Source: Mustelus asterias
Taxonomy: Eukaryota
NCBI RefSeq assembly: GCF_964213995.1
Contig: NC_135806.1
Coordinates: forward strand, 139,748,001-139,812,000
Direction: 5' to 3'
DNA length: 64,000 nt
The notes under the pieces were generated by a model that was not told where the DNA came from, did no database searches, and saw nothing but the letters and a program-made list of their open reading frames with translations. Position numbers and translations under genes: made by a program. Shown here in pieces: positions 39,001-51,760 of this stretch (positions are counted from its first letter, which is position 1; each line of letters opens with the position of its first letter).

Positions 39001-39324
39001 ATGTGATCTCCAGGGAGAGGCGAAAACCCAGAGTGAAAACCCCAGGGCCAATATGGGGAAAAAAAATCTGGGAAATTCCTCTCCGACCCCCTGTGGCGAT
39101 CAAAACGAGTCCAGGAGATCACACTGGTCCTGATCAGAAAATGCTTCCCAACCCTATTCATTTCCACTTCTGCTTTACGAACACCATCTGAATTCCCTGC
39201 CCCCGAGACAGGTTCCCAACTATCCGCAGTCTCGCTCTGTACTGGCCCCAGCAAGATGATCATAGAATGAAGCCTTGAAACGAGAAACAAAGAACAATTA
39301 GCCCGCGCCGCTCCCTGGTCCAAA

Positions 39325-41706
39325 CTAGACCACTCTTTTGTATCCCTCCATTCCCACTCCGTTCATATAGCTGTCTAGATAAGTCTTAAACGTTCCCAGT
39401 GTGTCCGCCTCCACCACCTTGCCTGGCAACACATTCCAGGCCCCCACGATCCTCTGTGTAAAATATGTCCTTCTGATATCTGTGTTAAACCTCCCCCCCT
39501 TCACCTTGAACCTATGACCCCTCGTGAACGTCACCACCGACCCGGGGAAAAGCTTCCCACCGTTCACCCTATCTATGCCTTTCATAATTTTATACACCTC
39601 TATTAAGTCTCCCCTCATCCTCCGTCTTTCCAAGGAGAACAACCCCAGTTTCCCCAATCTCTCCTCATAACCAAGCCCCTCCATACCAGGCAACATCCTG
39701 GTAAACCTCCTCTGTACTCTCTCCAAAGCCTCCACGTCCTTCTGGTAGTGTGGCGACCAGAACTGGACGCAGTATTCCAAATGCGGCCGAACCAACATTC
39801 TATACATCTGCAACATCAGACCCCAACTTTTATACTCTATGCCCCGTCCTATAAAGGCAAGCATGCCATATGCCTTCTTCACCACCTTCTCCACCTGTGA
39901 CGTCACCTTCAAAGATCTGTGGACTTGCACACCCAGGTCCCTCTGCGTCTCTACACCCTTTATGGTTCTTCCATTTATCGTGTAGCTCCTCCCTACATTA
40001 TTCCCACCAAAATGCATCACTTCGCATTTATCAGGATTGAACTCCATCTGCCATTTCTTTGCCCAAGTTTCCAGCCTATCTATATCCTTCTGTAGCCTCT
40101 GACAATGTTCCTCACTATCTGCAAGTCCTGCCAGTTTTGTGTCGTCCGCAAACTTACTGATCACCCCAGTTACTCCTTCTTCCAGATCATTTATATAAAT
40201 CACAAACAGCAGAGGTCCCAATACAGAGCCCTGCGGAACACCACTAGTCACAGGCCTCCAGCCGGAAAAAGACCCTTCCACTACCACCCTCTGTCTTCTA
40301 TGACCAAGCCAGTTCTCCACCCATCTAGCCACCTCCCCCTTTATCCCATGGGATCCAACCTTTTTCACTAGCCTACCATGAGGGACTTTGTCAAACGCTT
40401 TACTAAAGTCCATATAGACAACATCCACGGCCCTTCCTTCGTCAATCATTCTGGTCACTTCTTCAAAAAACACCACCAGGTTAGTGAGGCATGACCTCCC
40501 TCTCACAAAACCATGCTGACTATCGTTAATGAGTTTATTCCTTTCTAAATGCGCATACATCCTATCTCTAAGAATCTTCTCCAACAACTTCCCCACCACG
40601 GACGTCAAGCTCACCGGCCTATAATTACCCGGGTTATCTTTCCTACCCTTCTTAAATAACGGGACCACATTAGCTATCCTCCAATCCTCTGGGACCTCAC
40701 CTGCGTCCAGTGACGAGACAAAGATTTGCGTCAGAGGCCCAACGATTTCACCTCTCGTCTCCCTGAGCAGCCTTGGATAGATTCCATCAGGCTCTGGGGA
40801 TTTGTCAGTCTTTATATTCTCTAACAAACCTAACACTTCCTCCTTTGTAATGGAGATTTTCTCCAACGGTTCAACACTCCCCTCCGAGACACTCCCAGTC
40901 AACACATCCCTCTCCTTTGTGAATACCGACGCAAAGTATTCATTTAGGATCTCCCCTACTTCTTTGGGCTCCAAGCATAAGTCCCCACTTTTGTCCCTGA
41001 GAGGTCCGATTTTTTCCCTAACAACCCTTTTGTTCCTAACGTATGAATAAAATGCCTTGGGATTCTCCTTAATCCTGTCTGCCAAGAACATTTCGTGACC
41101 CCTTTTTGCTCTTCTAATTCCCCGTTTGAGTACTTTCCTACTTTCTTTGTACTCCTCCAGAACTCCCTCCGTTTTTAGCTGCTTGGACCTAACATACGCC
41201 TCTCTTTTCTTTTTGACCAGTCCCTCAATTTCCCTGGTTATCCACGGTTCTCTAATCCTACCCTTCCTATCCTTCTTTTTTACAGGCACAGGCTTGTCCT
41301 GTAGCCCTAACAACTGTTCCTTAAAAGACTGCCACATACCAGATGTGGATTTACCCTCAAACAGCCTCTCCCAATCAAGAGCTGCCAATTTCTGCCTGAT
41401 CCCACTAAAGTTAGCCTTCCCCCAATCCAACACCTTACCCTTGGGACACCACTCATCCTTTTCCATCACTATCCTAAAGCTAACAGAATTGTGGTCACTA
41501 TTTGCCACATGTTCCCCTACCAAAACTTTGAAGACCTGACCGGGCTCATTCCCCAGTACCAGGTCCAGTATAGCCCCCTCCCTAGTCGGGCTGTCTACAT
41601 ATTGTTCCAACGAACCCTCCTGTACACATTTTACAAATTCCTCCCCATCCAGAGTCCCTGCCCTCAGCGATTTCCAGTCTATACCAGGGAAATTGAAGTC
41701 TCCCAC
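39325..41706 (-). CDS. CR1 ORF2 (C-terminal EN part + RT), open for 793 codons
   Basis: [43 protein letters not shown]. Confidence 0.9.
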   Translation of the reverse strand: MGDFNFPGIDWKSLRAGTLDGEEFVKCVQEGSLEQYVDSPTREGAILDLVLGNEPGQVFKVLVGEHVANSDHNSVSFRIVMEKDEWCPKGKVLDWGKANFSGIRQKLAALDWERLFEGKSTSGMWQSFKEQLLGLQDKPVPVKKKDRKGRIREPWITREIEGLVKKKREAYVRSKQLKTEGVLEEYKESRKVLKRGIRRAKRGHEMFLADRIKENPKAFYSYVRNKRVVREKIGPLRDKSGDLCLEPKEVGEILNEYFASVFTKERDVLTGSVSEGSVEPLEKISITKEEVLGLLENIKTDKSPEPDGIYPRLLRETRGEIVGPLTQIFVSSLDAGEVPEDWRIANVVPLFKKGRKDNPGNYRPVSLTSVVGKLLEKILRDRMYAHLERNKLINDSQHGFVRGRSCLTNLVVFFEEVTRMIDEGRAVDVVYMDFSKAFDKVPHGRLVKKVGSHGIKGEVARWVENWLGHRRQRVVVEGSFSGWRPVTSGVPQGSVLGPLLFVIYINDLEEGVTGVISKFADDTKLAGLADSEEHCQRLQKDIDRLETWAKKWQMEFNPDKCEVMHFGGNNVGRSYTINGRTIKGVETQRDLGVQVHRSLKVTSQVEKVVKKAYGMLAFIGRGIEYKSWGLMLQMYRMLVRPHLEYCVQFWSPHYQKDVEALERVQRRFTRMLPGMEGLGYEERLGKLGLFSLERRRMRGDLIEVYKIMKGIDRVNGGKLFPGSVVTFTRGHRFKVKGGRFNTDIRRTYFTQRIVGAWNVLPGKVVEADTLGTFKTYLDSYMNGVGMEGYKRVV

Positions 41707-41734
41707 TACAACAACCCTATTTTCCCTGCACCTA

Positions 41735-42936
41735 TGTGGAGGGATGGGTTGGTAAGTTTGCTGACGACACCAAGGTAGGTGGTGTTGTGGATAGTTTGGA
41801 GAGATGTCAGAAGTTGCAGCGAGACATAGATAGAATGCAAGACTGGGCGGAGAAGTGGCAGATGGACTTCAACCCGGATAAGTGTGTGGTGATCCATTTT
41901 GGCAGATCCAATGGGATGAAGCAGCAGTATAATATGAAGGGTACCATTCTTAGCAGTGTAGAGGATCAGAAGGACCTTGGGGTCCGGGTCCATAGGACTC
42001 TTAAATTGGCCTCGCAGGTGGAGGATGCGGTCAAGAAGGCGTACGGCGTACTGGCCTTCATTAATCGAGGGATTGAGTTTAGGAGTCGGGAGATAATGCT
42101 GCAGCTTTATAGGACCCTGGTTAGACCCCACTTGGAGTACTGCGCGCAGTTCTGGTCACCTCATTACAGGAAAGATGTTGAAGCCATTGAAAGGGTGCAG
42201 AGGAGATTTACAAGGATGTTGCCTGGATTGGGGGGCATGCCTTATGAGGATAGGTTGAGGGAGCTTGGTCTCTTCTCCCTGGAGAGACGAAGGATGAGAG
42301 GTGACCTGATAGAGGTTTACAAGATGTTGAGAGGTCTGGATAGGGTAGACTCTCAGAGGCTATTTCCAAGGGCTGAAATGGTTGCTACGAGAGGACACAG
42401 GTTTAAGGTGCTGGGGGGTAGGTACAGAGGAGATGTCAGGGGTAAGTTTTTCACTCAGAGGGTGGTGGGTGAGTGGAATCGGCTGACGTCGGTGGTGGTG
42501 GAGGCAAACTCGTTGGGGACTTTAGGAGAAATCCAGCACGAGGGGGCATGGCTTTAAATTGAGGGGGGGTAGTTATAGAACCGATGTCAGGGGTAGGTTC
42601 TTTACCCAGAGGGTGGTGAGGGATTGGAATGCCCTGCCAGCATCAGTAGTAAATGCGCCTAGTTTGGGGGCGTTTAAGAGATCCGTAGATAGGTTCATGG
42701 ACGAAAAGAAATTGGTTTAGGTTGGAGGGTCACAGTTTGTTTTTTTTTTTAACTGGTCGGTGCAACATCGTGGGCCGAAGGGCCTGTTCTGCGCTGTAAT
42801 GTTCTATGTTCTATGTTCTGGATGAGTACATGGGATTTAATGGGATTGAGGGCTATAGATAGGCCTAGAGGTGGGGATGTGATCGGCGCAACTTGTGGGC
42901 CGAAGGGCCTGTTTGTGCTGTGGCTTTCTATGTTCT
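41735..42936 (+). mobile_element. Inverted 5'-truncated CR1 (subfamily of B) inside C, itself containing another CR1 3' end (42521-42817)
   Basis: ORF 41736..42557 is nearly identical to 36108..36824. ctat duplicated at the junctions. Confidence 0.88.
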
Positions 42937-43451
42937 ATCCAGCATCTCCTGACATATCCATTCTTCCACTTCCCTTGGGCTGTTGGGGGGCCTGTAGTAC
43001 ACCCCCAACATAGTGACCGCGCCTTTCCTGTTTCTAAGCTCCACCCAGAATGACTCGTTACACGACCCCTCTGAATTGTCCTCCCTCTGCACCGCTGTAA
43101 TATGCTCTCCAACTAATACCGCTACTCCCCCACCTCTTTTGGCCCCTCCTCTGTCTCGCCTAAAACACTTGTACCCTGGAATATTCAGCTGCCAGTCCTG
43201 TCCCTCTTTCAACCAAGTCTCTGTCACCGCAACCACATCCAAATTCCTCGTGCGCATTAAGGCCCCAAGTTCGTCTGTCTTACCTGCTACGCTCCTTGCA
43301 TTGAAGTATAAGCACTCCAGACCTCCAGGCCCAGTGAGGTCGTCCTCCCCCAGAGTGTTCTTCTTCTTTGCCAGCCTTGTCCCAGCCCCAAGCTCGTCCC
43401 CAGCCTCCACACTTGTAGACCTAATATTTTGATCCCCACCCCCCTGCCATA

Positions 43452-44471
43452 CTAGTTTAAACCCCCCCGAACTGCACTAGCAAAGCTCCCAGCCAGGATA
43501 TTTGTGCCCTTCCAACTTAGTTGTGACCCCTCCCTCTTGTACAGGTGCCATCCTCTCCTGAAAACTTCCCATTGATCTATGAAAATGAAGCCCTCCCTCC
43601 TGGACCAGTCCTTTAGCCAGGCATTCATTTGTACCAACTCCCTATTCTTAGCCTCACTGGCACAAGGCATTGGGAGCAGCCCAGAGATGGCCACCCTAGT
43701 GACCCTACTTTTTAACCTATTTCCCAACTCCCTGAATTGCTCTCTTAGGATCCCCCTACTCTTCCTATCTACGTCATTTCCACCAATGTGTATAATGACA
43801 TCCGTTTCTTTATCTTCCCCTTGTAATATGCCTCCTATCCGCTCGGAGACATCCGTGACCCCAGCACCAGGTAGGCAGACTACCATCCTGGAGTCCCGTT
43901 CGCACCCACAGAATCGCCTGTCTGTGCCTCTAACTGATGCATCCCCCACCACTATCGCTCTCCTAACCCCTCTCTTCCCTTTCCGGGCCACAGAGCCTGA
44001 CTGTGTGCCAGTGACCTGGTCCCTGTGTCTTACCACTGGAGAGGCACACTCCTCCACACTATCCAAAACAATATACCTGTTTTGGAGTGGGACAACCACA
44101 GGTGACCCCTCTTCTAACTGTTCACTCCCCTCCCCTCTCACACCTGTCACCAAGCCCTTCCTTTTTTGAGAAACCACCACTGGAGTCCTCCCTTGTACTT
44201 TACCCTTCTGTCCTTTACTCCTCCTAACTGTGACCCACGTGTCTTCCTCCCGATGCCCCGGTGTAACTAGTTGCCTATAACTCCTGTCAATTTTTCTCCC
44301 ATTTTCCCTGACTAGCCTAAGGTCAGCGATCTGCAGCTCCAGTTCCATGACACGGTCCCTCAAGAGCTGCAGTTCCACGCACCTGGCACATATGTGAACC
44401 TCTGGGAAGCTAGGTGTTTGCAGGAACTCCCACATCCCACATCGGAAGCACTGAACTGGCCGATCACTCAT
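43452..44471 (-). CDS. CR1 ORF1 (Zn-finger/leucine zipper + SGNH esterase-like domain)
   Basis: CFRC..CARC, LRDRVMELELQIADL, IVVGDAS, VCLPGAGV, IHIGGND. Confidence 0.88.
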   Translation of the reverse strand: MSDRPVQCFRCGMWEFLQTPSFPEVHICARCVELQLLRDRVMELELQIADLRLVRENGRKIDRSYRQLVTPGHREEDTWVTVRRSKGQKGKVQGRTPVVVSQKRKGLVTGVRGEGSEQLEEGSPVVVPLQNRYIVLDSVEECASPVVRHRDQVTGTQSGSVARKGKRGVRRAIVVGDASVRGTDRRFCGCERDSRMVVCLPGAGVTDVSERIGGILQGEDKETDVIIHIGGNDVDRKSRGILREQFRELGNRLKSRVTRVAISGLLPMPCASEAKNRELVQMNAWLKDWSRREGFIFIDQWEVFRRGWHLYKREGSQLSWKGTNILAGSFASAVRGGLN

Positions 44472-45945
44472 ACCTGCCCTTATCCTTTATAGGGTTGGAT
44501 AAAAAAAGTCTCCGTAATGGCCACCACATCACACTTCCAGGCATCGATCCACGCTCTGAGCTCATCCCCTTTATTCACTATACTCCTGGCATTAAAGTAA
44601 ACACATCTCAATCCTTTGGTCTGAGCTCTCCCCTTCTCTATCCCCCGTCCATCTTCCCTCTTGCACCGTCTATAACCCTTCTCTGTTTGCGAGCTAACTT
44701 CCTCGCTCCCAGTCACCTCCTCTCGATCCCCTCCCCCCAACCTATCTAGTTTAAACTCTCCCCAGTAGCCTTAGCCAACCTTCCCGGGGTAGAGTAATTG
44801 TAGATTGGGTGGTACGAGGTGAGAATTTGATGTTTGTAATATTGTAAAATGCTCGGGGGGAAAGCATTGCATGGTCACGTTAAAAGATGGTGCTTTTTCT
44901 GTGCTTAGAGATTTAAAATGCAAGTACATGGACAGCCCAAACTGAAATGTTAGAATCCAAAGACCAAACAGCAGTTTTTGCCAAGTCCAAGCTTTTGAAT
45001 TTAGCCAATCAATTTGAATCAAGTATTTAGGTACCAAAAACCTATTAAATTTAAATCTGATAGTTTGACAACCTGGAACCAATCCTATTGTGGGGGATAT
45101 TGATCTGTCATCACAGGTATAAAAGAAGGGGGCAGTGGGACAAAAAGGGAGAGCAACTGCCACCTGCTGGAGCTCACAGCTCTCAGCTCTCTCTCTTTCT
45201 CTCGCTGACTATCATAGCTTCATCTATGTCTGAGAAAAAGCGCCATCTAGATAGCAAAGATACCAAAGAAGAAAGAAGTTCCAGACAGAAGAATCAACAG
45301 AGAAACCCCTGAATATTCCAGAGGACACAAAACCTGGTTGTAATTTAGAGAGTGACTAAATTCTACTTTTGTTAATGAGTGGGACTTGTATTTATTTGAA
45401 CAGCATACCATTAGAATCTTGTTTCTTACGGGAATAGTTAATAGTTAGGAGGAATTTATTCGATGTGTGAAGAGTTTAGTTAATTTGATTTGATTTAATT
45501 TCATTTGATTTGATTTGTCACATGTATTAACATACAGTGAAAAGTATTGTTTCTTGCCGCTATACAGGCAAAGCATACCGTCCATAGAGAAGGAAACGAG
45601 AGAGCGCAGAATGTAGTGTTACAGTCATAGCTAGGATGTAGAGAAAGATCAACTTAATGCAAGGGAAGTCCATTCAAAAGTCTGACAGCAGCAGGGAAGA
45701 AGCTGTTCTTGAGTCAGTTGGTACGTGACCTCAGACTTTTGCATCTTTTTCCCAACGGAAGAAGGTGGAAGAGAGAATGTCCGGGGTGCGTGGGGTCCTT
45801 AATTATGCTGACTGCTTTGCCGAAGCAGTGGGACAGAGTCAATGGATGGAAGGCTGGTTTGCGTGATGGATTAAGCTACATTCACGACCATTTGTAGTTC
45901 CTTGCGGTCTTGGGCAGAGCAGGAGCCATATCAAGCTGTGATACA

Positions 45946-47744
45946 GTGAATGTTGATAGAATGAATGTTGGACCCTTGGAAGATGAGAGGGGGGATTTAA
46001 TAATGGAAAACGAGGAAATGGCTGAGACTTTAAATAAGTTCTTTGTGTCGGTCTTCACGGTGGAAGACACAAATAGTTTGCCGAATATTAGAGATCGAGA
46101 GTTGGTGGGAGGGGAGGTCCTTAATACAATTACTGTTACTAAGGAGGTGATGCTTGGTAGACTAATAGGACCGAAGGTAGACAAGTCCCCGGGCCCGGAT
46201 GGAATGCATCCCAGGGTACTGAAAGAAATGGCTGAGGTAATAGCAGATGCGTTAGTAGTAATTTATCAAAATTCGCTGGACTCTGGGGTAGTGCCGGCTG
46301 ACTGGAAAACAGCTACTGTTACGCCGCTGTTTAAAAAAGGAAGTAGACAAAAAGCGGGTAACTACAGGCCGGTTAGCTTAACGTCCGTAGTTGGGAAATA
46401 ACAGAGCACCTGAATAAGAATGGTTCGATCAAGCAGACGCAGCATGGATTCATGAAGGGAAAGTCGTGTTTGACGAATCTACTGGACATTTATGAAGATG
46501 TCACTAGTGCGGTTGACAGAGGGGAACCGGTGGGTGTGGTGTTTTTAGATTTCCAGAAGGCGTTCGATAAGGTGCCTCACAAAAGGTTGCTGCAGAAGAT
46601 TGGGGTACACGGAGTTGGGGGTAAGGTGTTGGCGTGGATTGGGGATTGGCTATATAACAGGAAGCAGAGAGTTGGGATAAATGGGTGCTTTTCTGGTTGG
46701 CAGTTGGTGACCAGTGGCGTGCCGCAAGGATCGGTGCTGGGGCCTCAATTGTTTACCATTTACATAGATGATCTGGAGGAGGGGACTGAATCTAGGGTAT
46801 TCAAGTTTGCTGCTGACACGAAGGTGAGTGGGAAAGCGAATTGCGTGGAGGACGCGGAAAGTCTGCAGAGAGATTTGGATAGGCTGAGCGAGTGGGCGAG
46901 GATCTGGCAGATGGAATATAACGTTAGCAAATGTGAGGTTATCCACTTTGGAAGAAATAATAGTAAATTGGAATATTATTTAAATGGAGAAAAATTACAT
47001 CGTGCGACTGTGCAGAGGGACCTGGGGGTCCTTGTGCACGAATCGCAAAAACTCAGTCTGCAGGTGCAGCAGGTGATCAAGAAGGCGAATGGAATGTTGG
47101 CCTTTATTGCGAGGGGGATAGAATATAAAAGCAGGGAGGTCTTGCTGCAACTGTACAAGGCACTGGTGAGGCCGCAACTGGAGTACTGTGTGCAGTTTTG
47201 GTCCCCTTATTTGCGAAAGGATATATTGGCCTTGGAGGGAGTGCAGAGAAGGTTCACCAGGTTGATACCGGAGATGAGGGGTGTGGCTTATGAGGAGAGA
47301 TTAAACAGATTGGGTCTGTACTCGTTGGAGTTTAGAAGGATGAGGGGTGATCTTATAGAGACCTATAAGATAATGAAGGGGCTGGATAGGGGAGAGGTGG
47401 AGAGATTCTTTCCACTTAGAAGGGAAACCAGAACTAGAGGGCACAGCCTCAAAATAAGGGGGGGGCCGGTTCAGAACAGAGTTGAGGGGGAACTTCTTCT
47501 CTCAGAGGATAGTGAATCTCTGGAATTCTCTGCCCATTGAAGTGGTGGAGGCTTCCTCGTTGAATATGTTTAAATCACGGGTAGATAGTTTTCTGATCGA
47601 TAAGGGAATTAGCGGTTATGGGGAGCAGGCGGGTAAGTGGAACTGATTCGCTTCAGATCAGCCATGATCTTGTTGAATGGCGGGGCAGGCTCGAAGGGCC
47701 AGATGGCCTACTCCTGCTCCTATTTCTTATGTTCTTATGTCCTT
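45946..47744 (+). mobile_element. 5'-truncated CR1 nested in Rex1
   Basis: ORFs 45910..46401 and 46452..47540. TSD ataca. Confidence 0.92.
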
Positions 47745-49834
47745 ATACAACCAGAAAGAATGCTTTCTATGGTGCATCTGTAAAAGTTGGTGAGAGTCAT
47801 AGCTGACATGCCAAATTTCCTTAGTCTTCTGAGAACTAGAGGCGTTGGTGGACTTTCTTAACTATAGTGTCTGCATTGGTGGACCAGGACAGGTTGTTGG
47901 TCATCTGGACACCTAAAAACTTAAAGCTCTTGACCCTTTTTACTTCGTTCCCGTTGATGTAGACAGGGGCATGTTCTCCTTTACGCTTCCTGAAGTCGAT
48001 GACAATCTCCTTCGTTTTGTTGATATTGAGGGAGAGATTATTGTTGCCGCACCAGTTCACCAGATTCTCTATCTCATTCCTGTACTCTGTCTCTCATCAT
48101 TGTTTGAGATCTGACCCACTACGGTGGTGTCATCAGCAAATTTGAATTGGAGGGGAATTTGGCCGCACAGTCATAAGTGTATAAGGAGTATAGTAGGGGG
48201 CTGAGAACGCAGCCTTGTGGGGCACCGGTGTTGTGGATGATCGTGGAGGAGGTGTTGTTGCCTATCCTTACTGATTGTGGTCTGTGGGTTAGGAAGTTCA
48301 GGATCCAGTCACAGAGGGAGATGCCGAGGCCCAAGCCACGGAGTTTGGAGATGAGTTTCGTGGGGATAATGGTGTTGAAGGCTGAGTTGTAGTCAATAAA
48401 TAGGAGTCTGACATAGGTGTCCTTGTTATCTAGGTATTCCAGGGGTGAGTGCAGGGCCAGGGAAATGGCGTCTGCTGTGGACCTGTTGCAGCAATAGACA
48501 AACTGTAGTGGATCCAGGTAGTCCGGGAGGCTGGAATTGATTCGTGCCATGACTAACCTTTCGAAGCACTTCATAATGATGGATGTCAGAGCCAACGGCC
48601 GATAGTCTTCTTGGTTTTTCCTAGGTACCGGGATGACAGTCGTCTTCTTGAAGCAGATAGGGACCTCAGATTGTTGTAAAGAGAGGTTGAAGATGTCTGC
48701 GATTACCCCCTCCAGCTGATCCGCGTAGGATCTGAGTGCTCGTCCGGGTACCCCATCCGGGCCAGTTGCTTTCCGTGGGTTGACCTTCAAGAAAGTTGCT
48801 CTAACGTCTGCAATGGTGACCTCAGATACAGGTGCTTCCAGGGTGGAGGACATGCTCTCGCTTGACTTCTTGCTCAAAACGGGCATAGAATGCATTGAGT
48901 TCGTCAGGAAGGTTGGAGCCATCGATTTTACATGCCTTCATCTTGTAGCCTGTAATGTCTTGCAGACCTTGCCATAGACAGCGGGGGTCAGTGTGGCTAG
49001 CCTGGGACTCTAGCTTGGTCCAGTACTGTCTTTTGGCATCTTTGATGGATCTCCTTAGATCGTATCTGGCTTTCTTATATAGGTCAGGGTCGCCTGACTT
49101 GAACGCCTCAGACCTGGACTTCAGCAAGCAGTGGATATCCCTGTTCATCCATAGTTTCCGGTTGAGGAACATGCGGATTTGCTTCTTTGGCACACAGTCT
49201 TCTACACACTTACTAATGAAGTCAGTCACTGTAGTGGGGTACTCATTCAGGCTGGTCGCATAGTTTTTAAATACTGACCAGTCCACTGTCTCCAAGCAGC
49301 CCCGTAGGCGATCATCTGATTCCTCAGAACAACATTGCACTACCTTCTTTGATGGATTCTCCCGCTTCAGTTTTTGCTTGTAAGCTGAGAGCAGGAGCAC
49401 AGCTTTGTGGTCTGATTTGGCAAAGTGTGGGCGGGTGATAGAGCGGTAGGCTTGTTTGATGTTTTTTATAGCAGTGGTCTAAGATGTTTGGGCCTCTGGT
49501 GGGACAGGAGACGTGTTGGTGGTAACTTGGTAGTACGCTCTTGAGCTTGGCCTGATTGAAGTCCCCAGCCATGTGAACAAGGCCTATTCGTAGTGGTGTA
49601 TATTTCGTCCAGCATGATCTTCACGTCCACATGGGGTGGGATGTAAACTGCCATCAGGATAACGGAGGTGAACTCCCGCGGAAGGTAATAGGGGCGGCAT
49701 TTTAGCGTCAGGTATTCTAGGTCTGGGGAGCAGACAGTTATGATGTGGAGATGCTGGTGTTGGACTGGGGTAAACACAGTAAGAAGTCTCACAACACCAG
49801 ATTAAAGTCCAACAGGTTTATTTGTTAGCACAAG

Positions 49835-49871
49835 CCACTAGCTTTCGGAGCACTGCCCCTTCATCAGGTGA
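49835..49871 (-). ncRNA. Minimal hammerhead ribozyme
   Basis: tcac CTGATGA a ggggc agt gctcc GAAA gc TA gtgg. The partner at 51960-51996 has a mutated core (CTGGTGA). Confidence 0.7.
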
Positions 49872-50035
49872 GTGGGAGTTCTGTTCACAAACAGGGCATA
49901 TACAGACACAAACTCAATTTACAAAATAATCGTTGGAATGCGCATCTTTACAGGTAATTAAGTCTTAAAGGTACAGACAATGTGAGTGGAGAGAGGGTTA
50001 AGCACAGGTTAAAGAGATGTGTATTGTCTCCAGCC

Positions 50036-51760
50036 TCCAGGTTTCAGCCTCATTGTTCCACAGGAGCAGGCTAAGTGTAAGGGAGCTTGTTTGTGCATTA
50101 TATTTATTTATTTGTCAGTTAAATTTGTGAAAAAAATCGGAGGTTTTTTTTCCAAAACAGGAAGTAGGCCCAGCAGCAGCCCGGGAAGGTTTTGGAGGGT
50201 TTAAAAGTAGGCCGCACTTTTGAGCGGGCAGTGTCGTTAGCAGGCAGTGGAGTGAGCAGGGGGCAGAGTGAGTGCTGAAGGGCTTTGGCTCAAAACGGGC
50301 TTCGGCGAGAACAGGCAGAGGCGAGAGTAGGTTTTTCTTTTTCAGAAAGTTTGAAAAGAAATCCGGGAAATTATAGGCCAGTAAGTTTGACGTCGGTGGT
50401 GGGCAATTTATTGGAAGGTGTGATAAGGGATAGGACCTACAAATATTTGGATAGACAGGGACTTAGGGAGAGTCAACATGGCTTTGTGCATGATAGGTCA
50501 TGTTTGACCAATCTATTCGAGTTTTTCGAGGAGGTTACCAGGAAAGTGGATGAAGGGAAGGCGGTGGATGTTGTCTACCTGGATTTCAGCAAGGCCTTTG
50601 ACAAGGTCCCTCATGGGAGGTTAGTTAGGAAGGTTCAGTCGCTAGGTATACATGGGGAGGTAGTAAATTGGATTAGACACTGGCTCAATGGAAGAAGCCA
50701 GAGAGTGGTTGTGGAGGATTGCTTCTCTGAGTGGAGGCCTGTGACTAGTGGTGTGCCGCAGAGATCGGTGTTGGGTCCATTGTTGTTTGTCATCTATATC
50801 AATGATCTGGATGATAATGTGGTAAATTGGATCAGCACGTTTGCTGATGATACAAAGATTGGAGGTGTAGTGGACAGTGAGGAACGTTTTCAAAGCTTGC
50901 AGAGGGATTTGGGCCAACTAGAAAAATGGGCTGAAAAATGGGAAATGGAATTTAACGCAGACAAGTGTGAGATATTGCACATTGGAAGGACAAACCAAAG
51001 TAGAACGTACAGGGTAAATGGTAGGACTCTGAAGAGTGCAGTTGAACAGAGGGATCTGGGAATACAGGTACAGAATTCCCTAAAAGTGACGTCACAAGTG
51101 GATAGGGTCGGAAAGAGTGCCTTTGGTACATTGGCCTTTATAAATCGGAGTATCGAGTATAAAAGTTGGAGTGTTATGGTAAGGTTATATAAGGCATTGG
51201 TGAGGCCGAATTTGGAGTATTGTGTACAGTTTTGGTCACCTAGTTACAGGAAGGATGTAAATAAGGTTGAAAGAGTGCAGAGAAGGTTCACAAGGATGTT
51301 GCCGGGACTTGAGAAGCTGAGTTACAGAGAGAGATTGAATAGGTTGGGACTTTATTCCCTGAAGCATAGAAGATTGAGGGGAGATTTGATAGAGGTGTAT
51401 AAGATTTTGAAGGGTATAGATAGAGTGAATGCAAGCAGGCTTTTTCCGCTGAGGCTAGGGGAGAAAAAAACCAGAGGGCATGGGTTAAGGGTGAAAGGAG
51501 AAAAGTTTAAAGGGAATATTAGCGGGGACTTCTTCACGCAGAGAGTGGTGGGAGTGTGGAATGAGCTGCCGGATAAAGTGGTCAATGCGGGGTCACTTTT
51601 AACATTTAAGAAAAACTTGGACGGGTTCATGGATGAGAGGGGTGTGGAGGGATATGGTCCAAGTGCAGGTCAGTGGGACTAGGCAAAAAATGGTTCGGCA
51701 CAGACAAGAAGGGCCAAAAGGCCTGTTTCTGAGCTGTAATTTTCTATGGTTCTATGGTTC
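50036..51760 (+). mobile_element. CR1 derivative: ~310 bp non-coding leader joined directly to RT and C-terminus
   Basis: ORF 50285..51682 shows homology from [12 protein letters not shown] onward, with (ttctatgg)n tail. Confidence 0.85.

Larger units (their letters stand above)
38778..44480 (-). mobile_element. Near full-length CR1 LINE (C) with ORF1, ORF2 and long 3'UTR, split by an inverted CR1
   Basis: ORF1 43452..44471; ORF2 pieces 42928..43410 and 39325..41706; (aaagaac)n tail. Confidence 0.92.
36022..44786 (-). mobile_element. CR1 LINE (B): ORF1 end plus ORF2, split by element C (own sequence 36022-38777 and ~44508-44786)
   Basis: ..FNARSI..VAITET (44508) continues as [17 protein letters not shown] (38777). 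ORFs 36857..38890 and 36108..36824. Confidence 0.88.
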
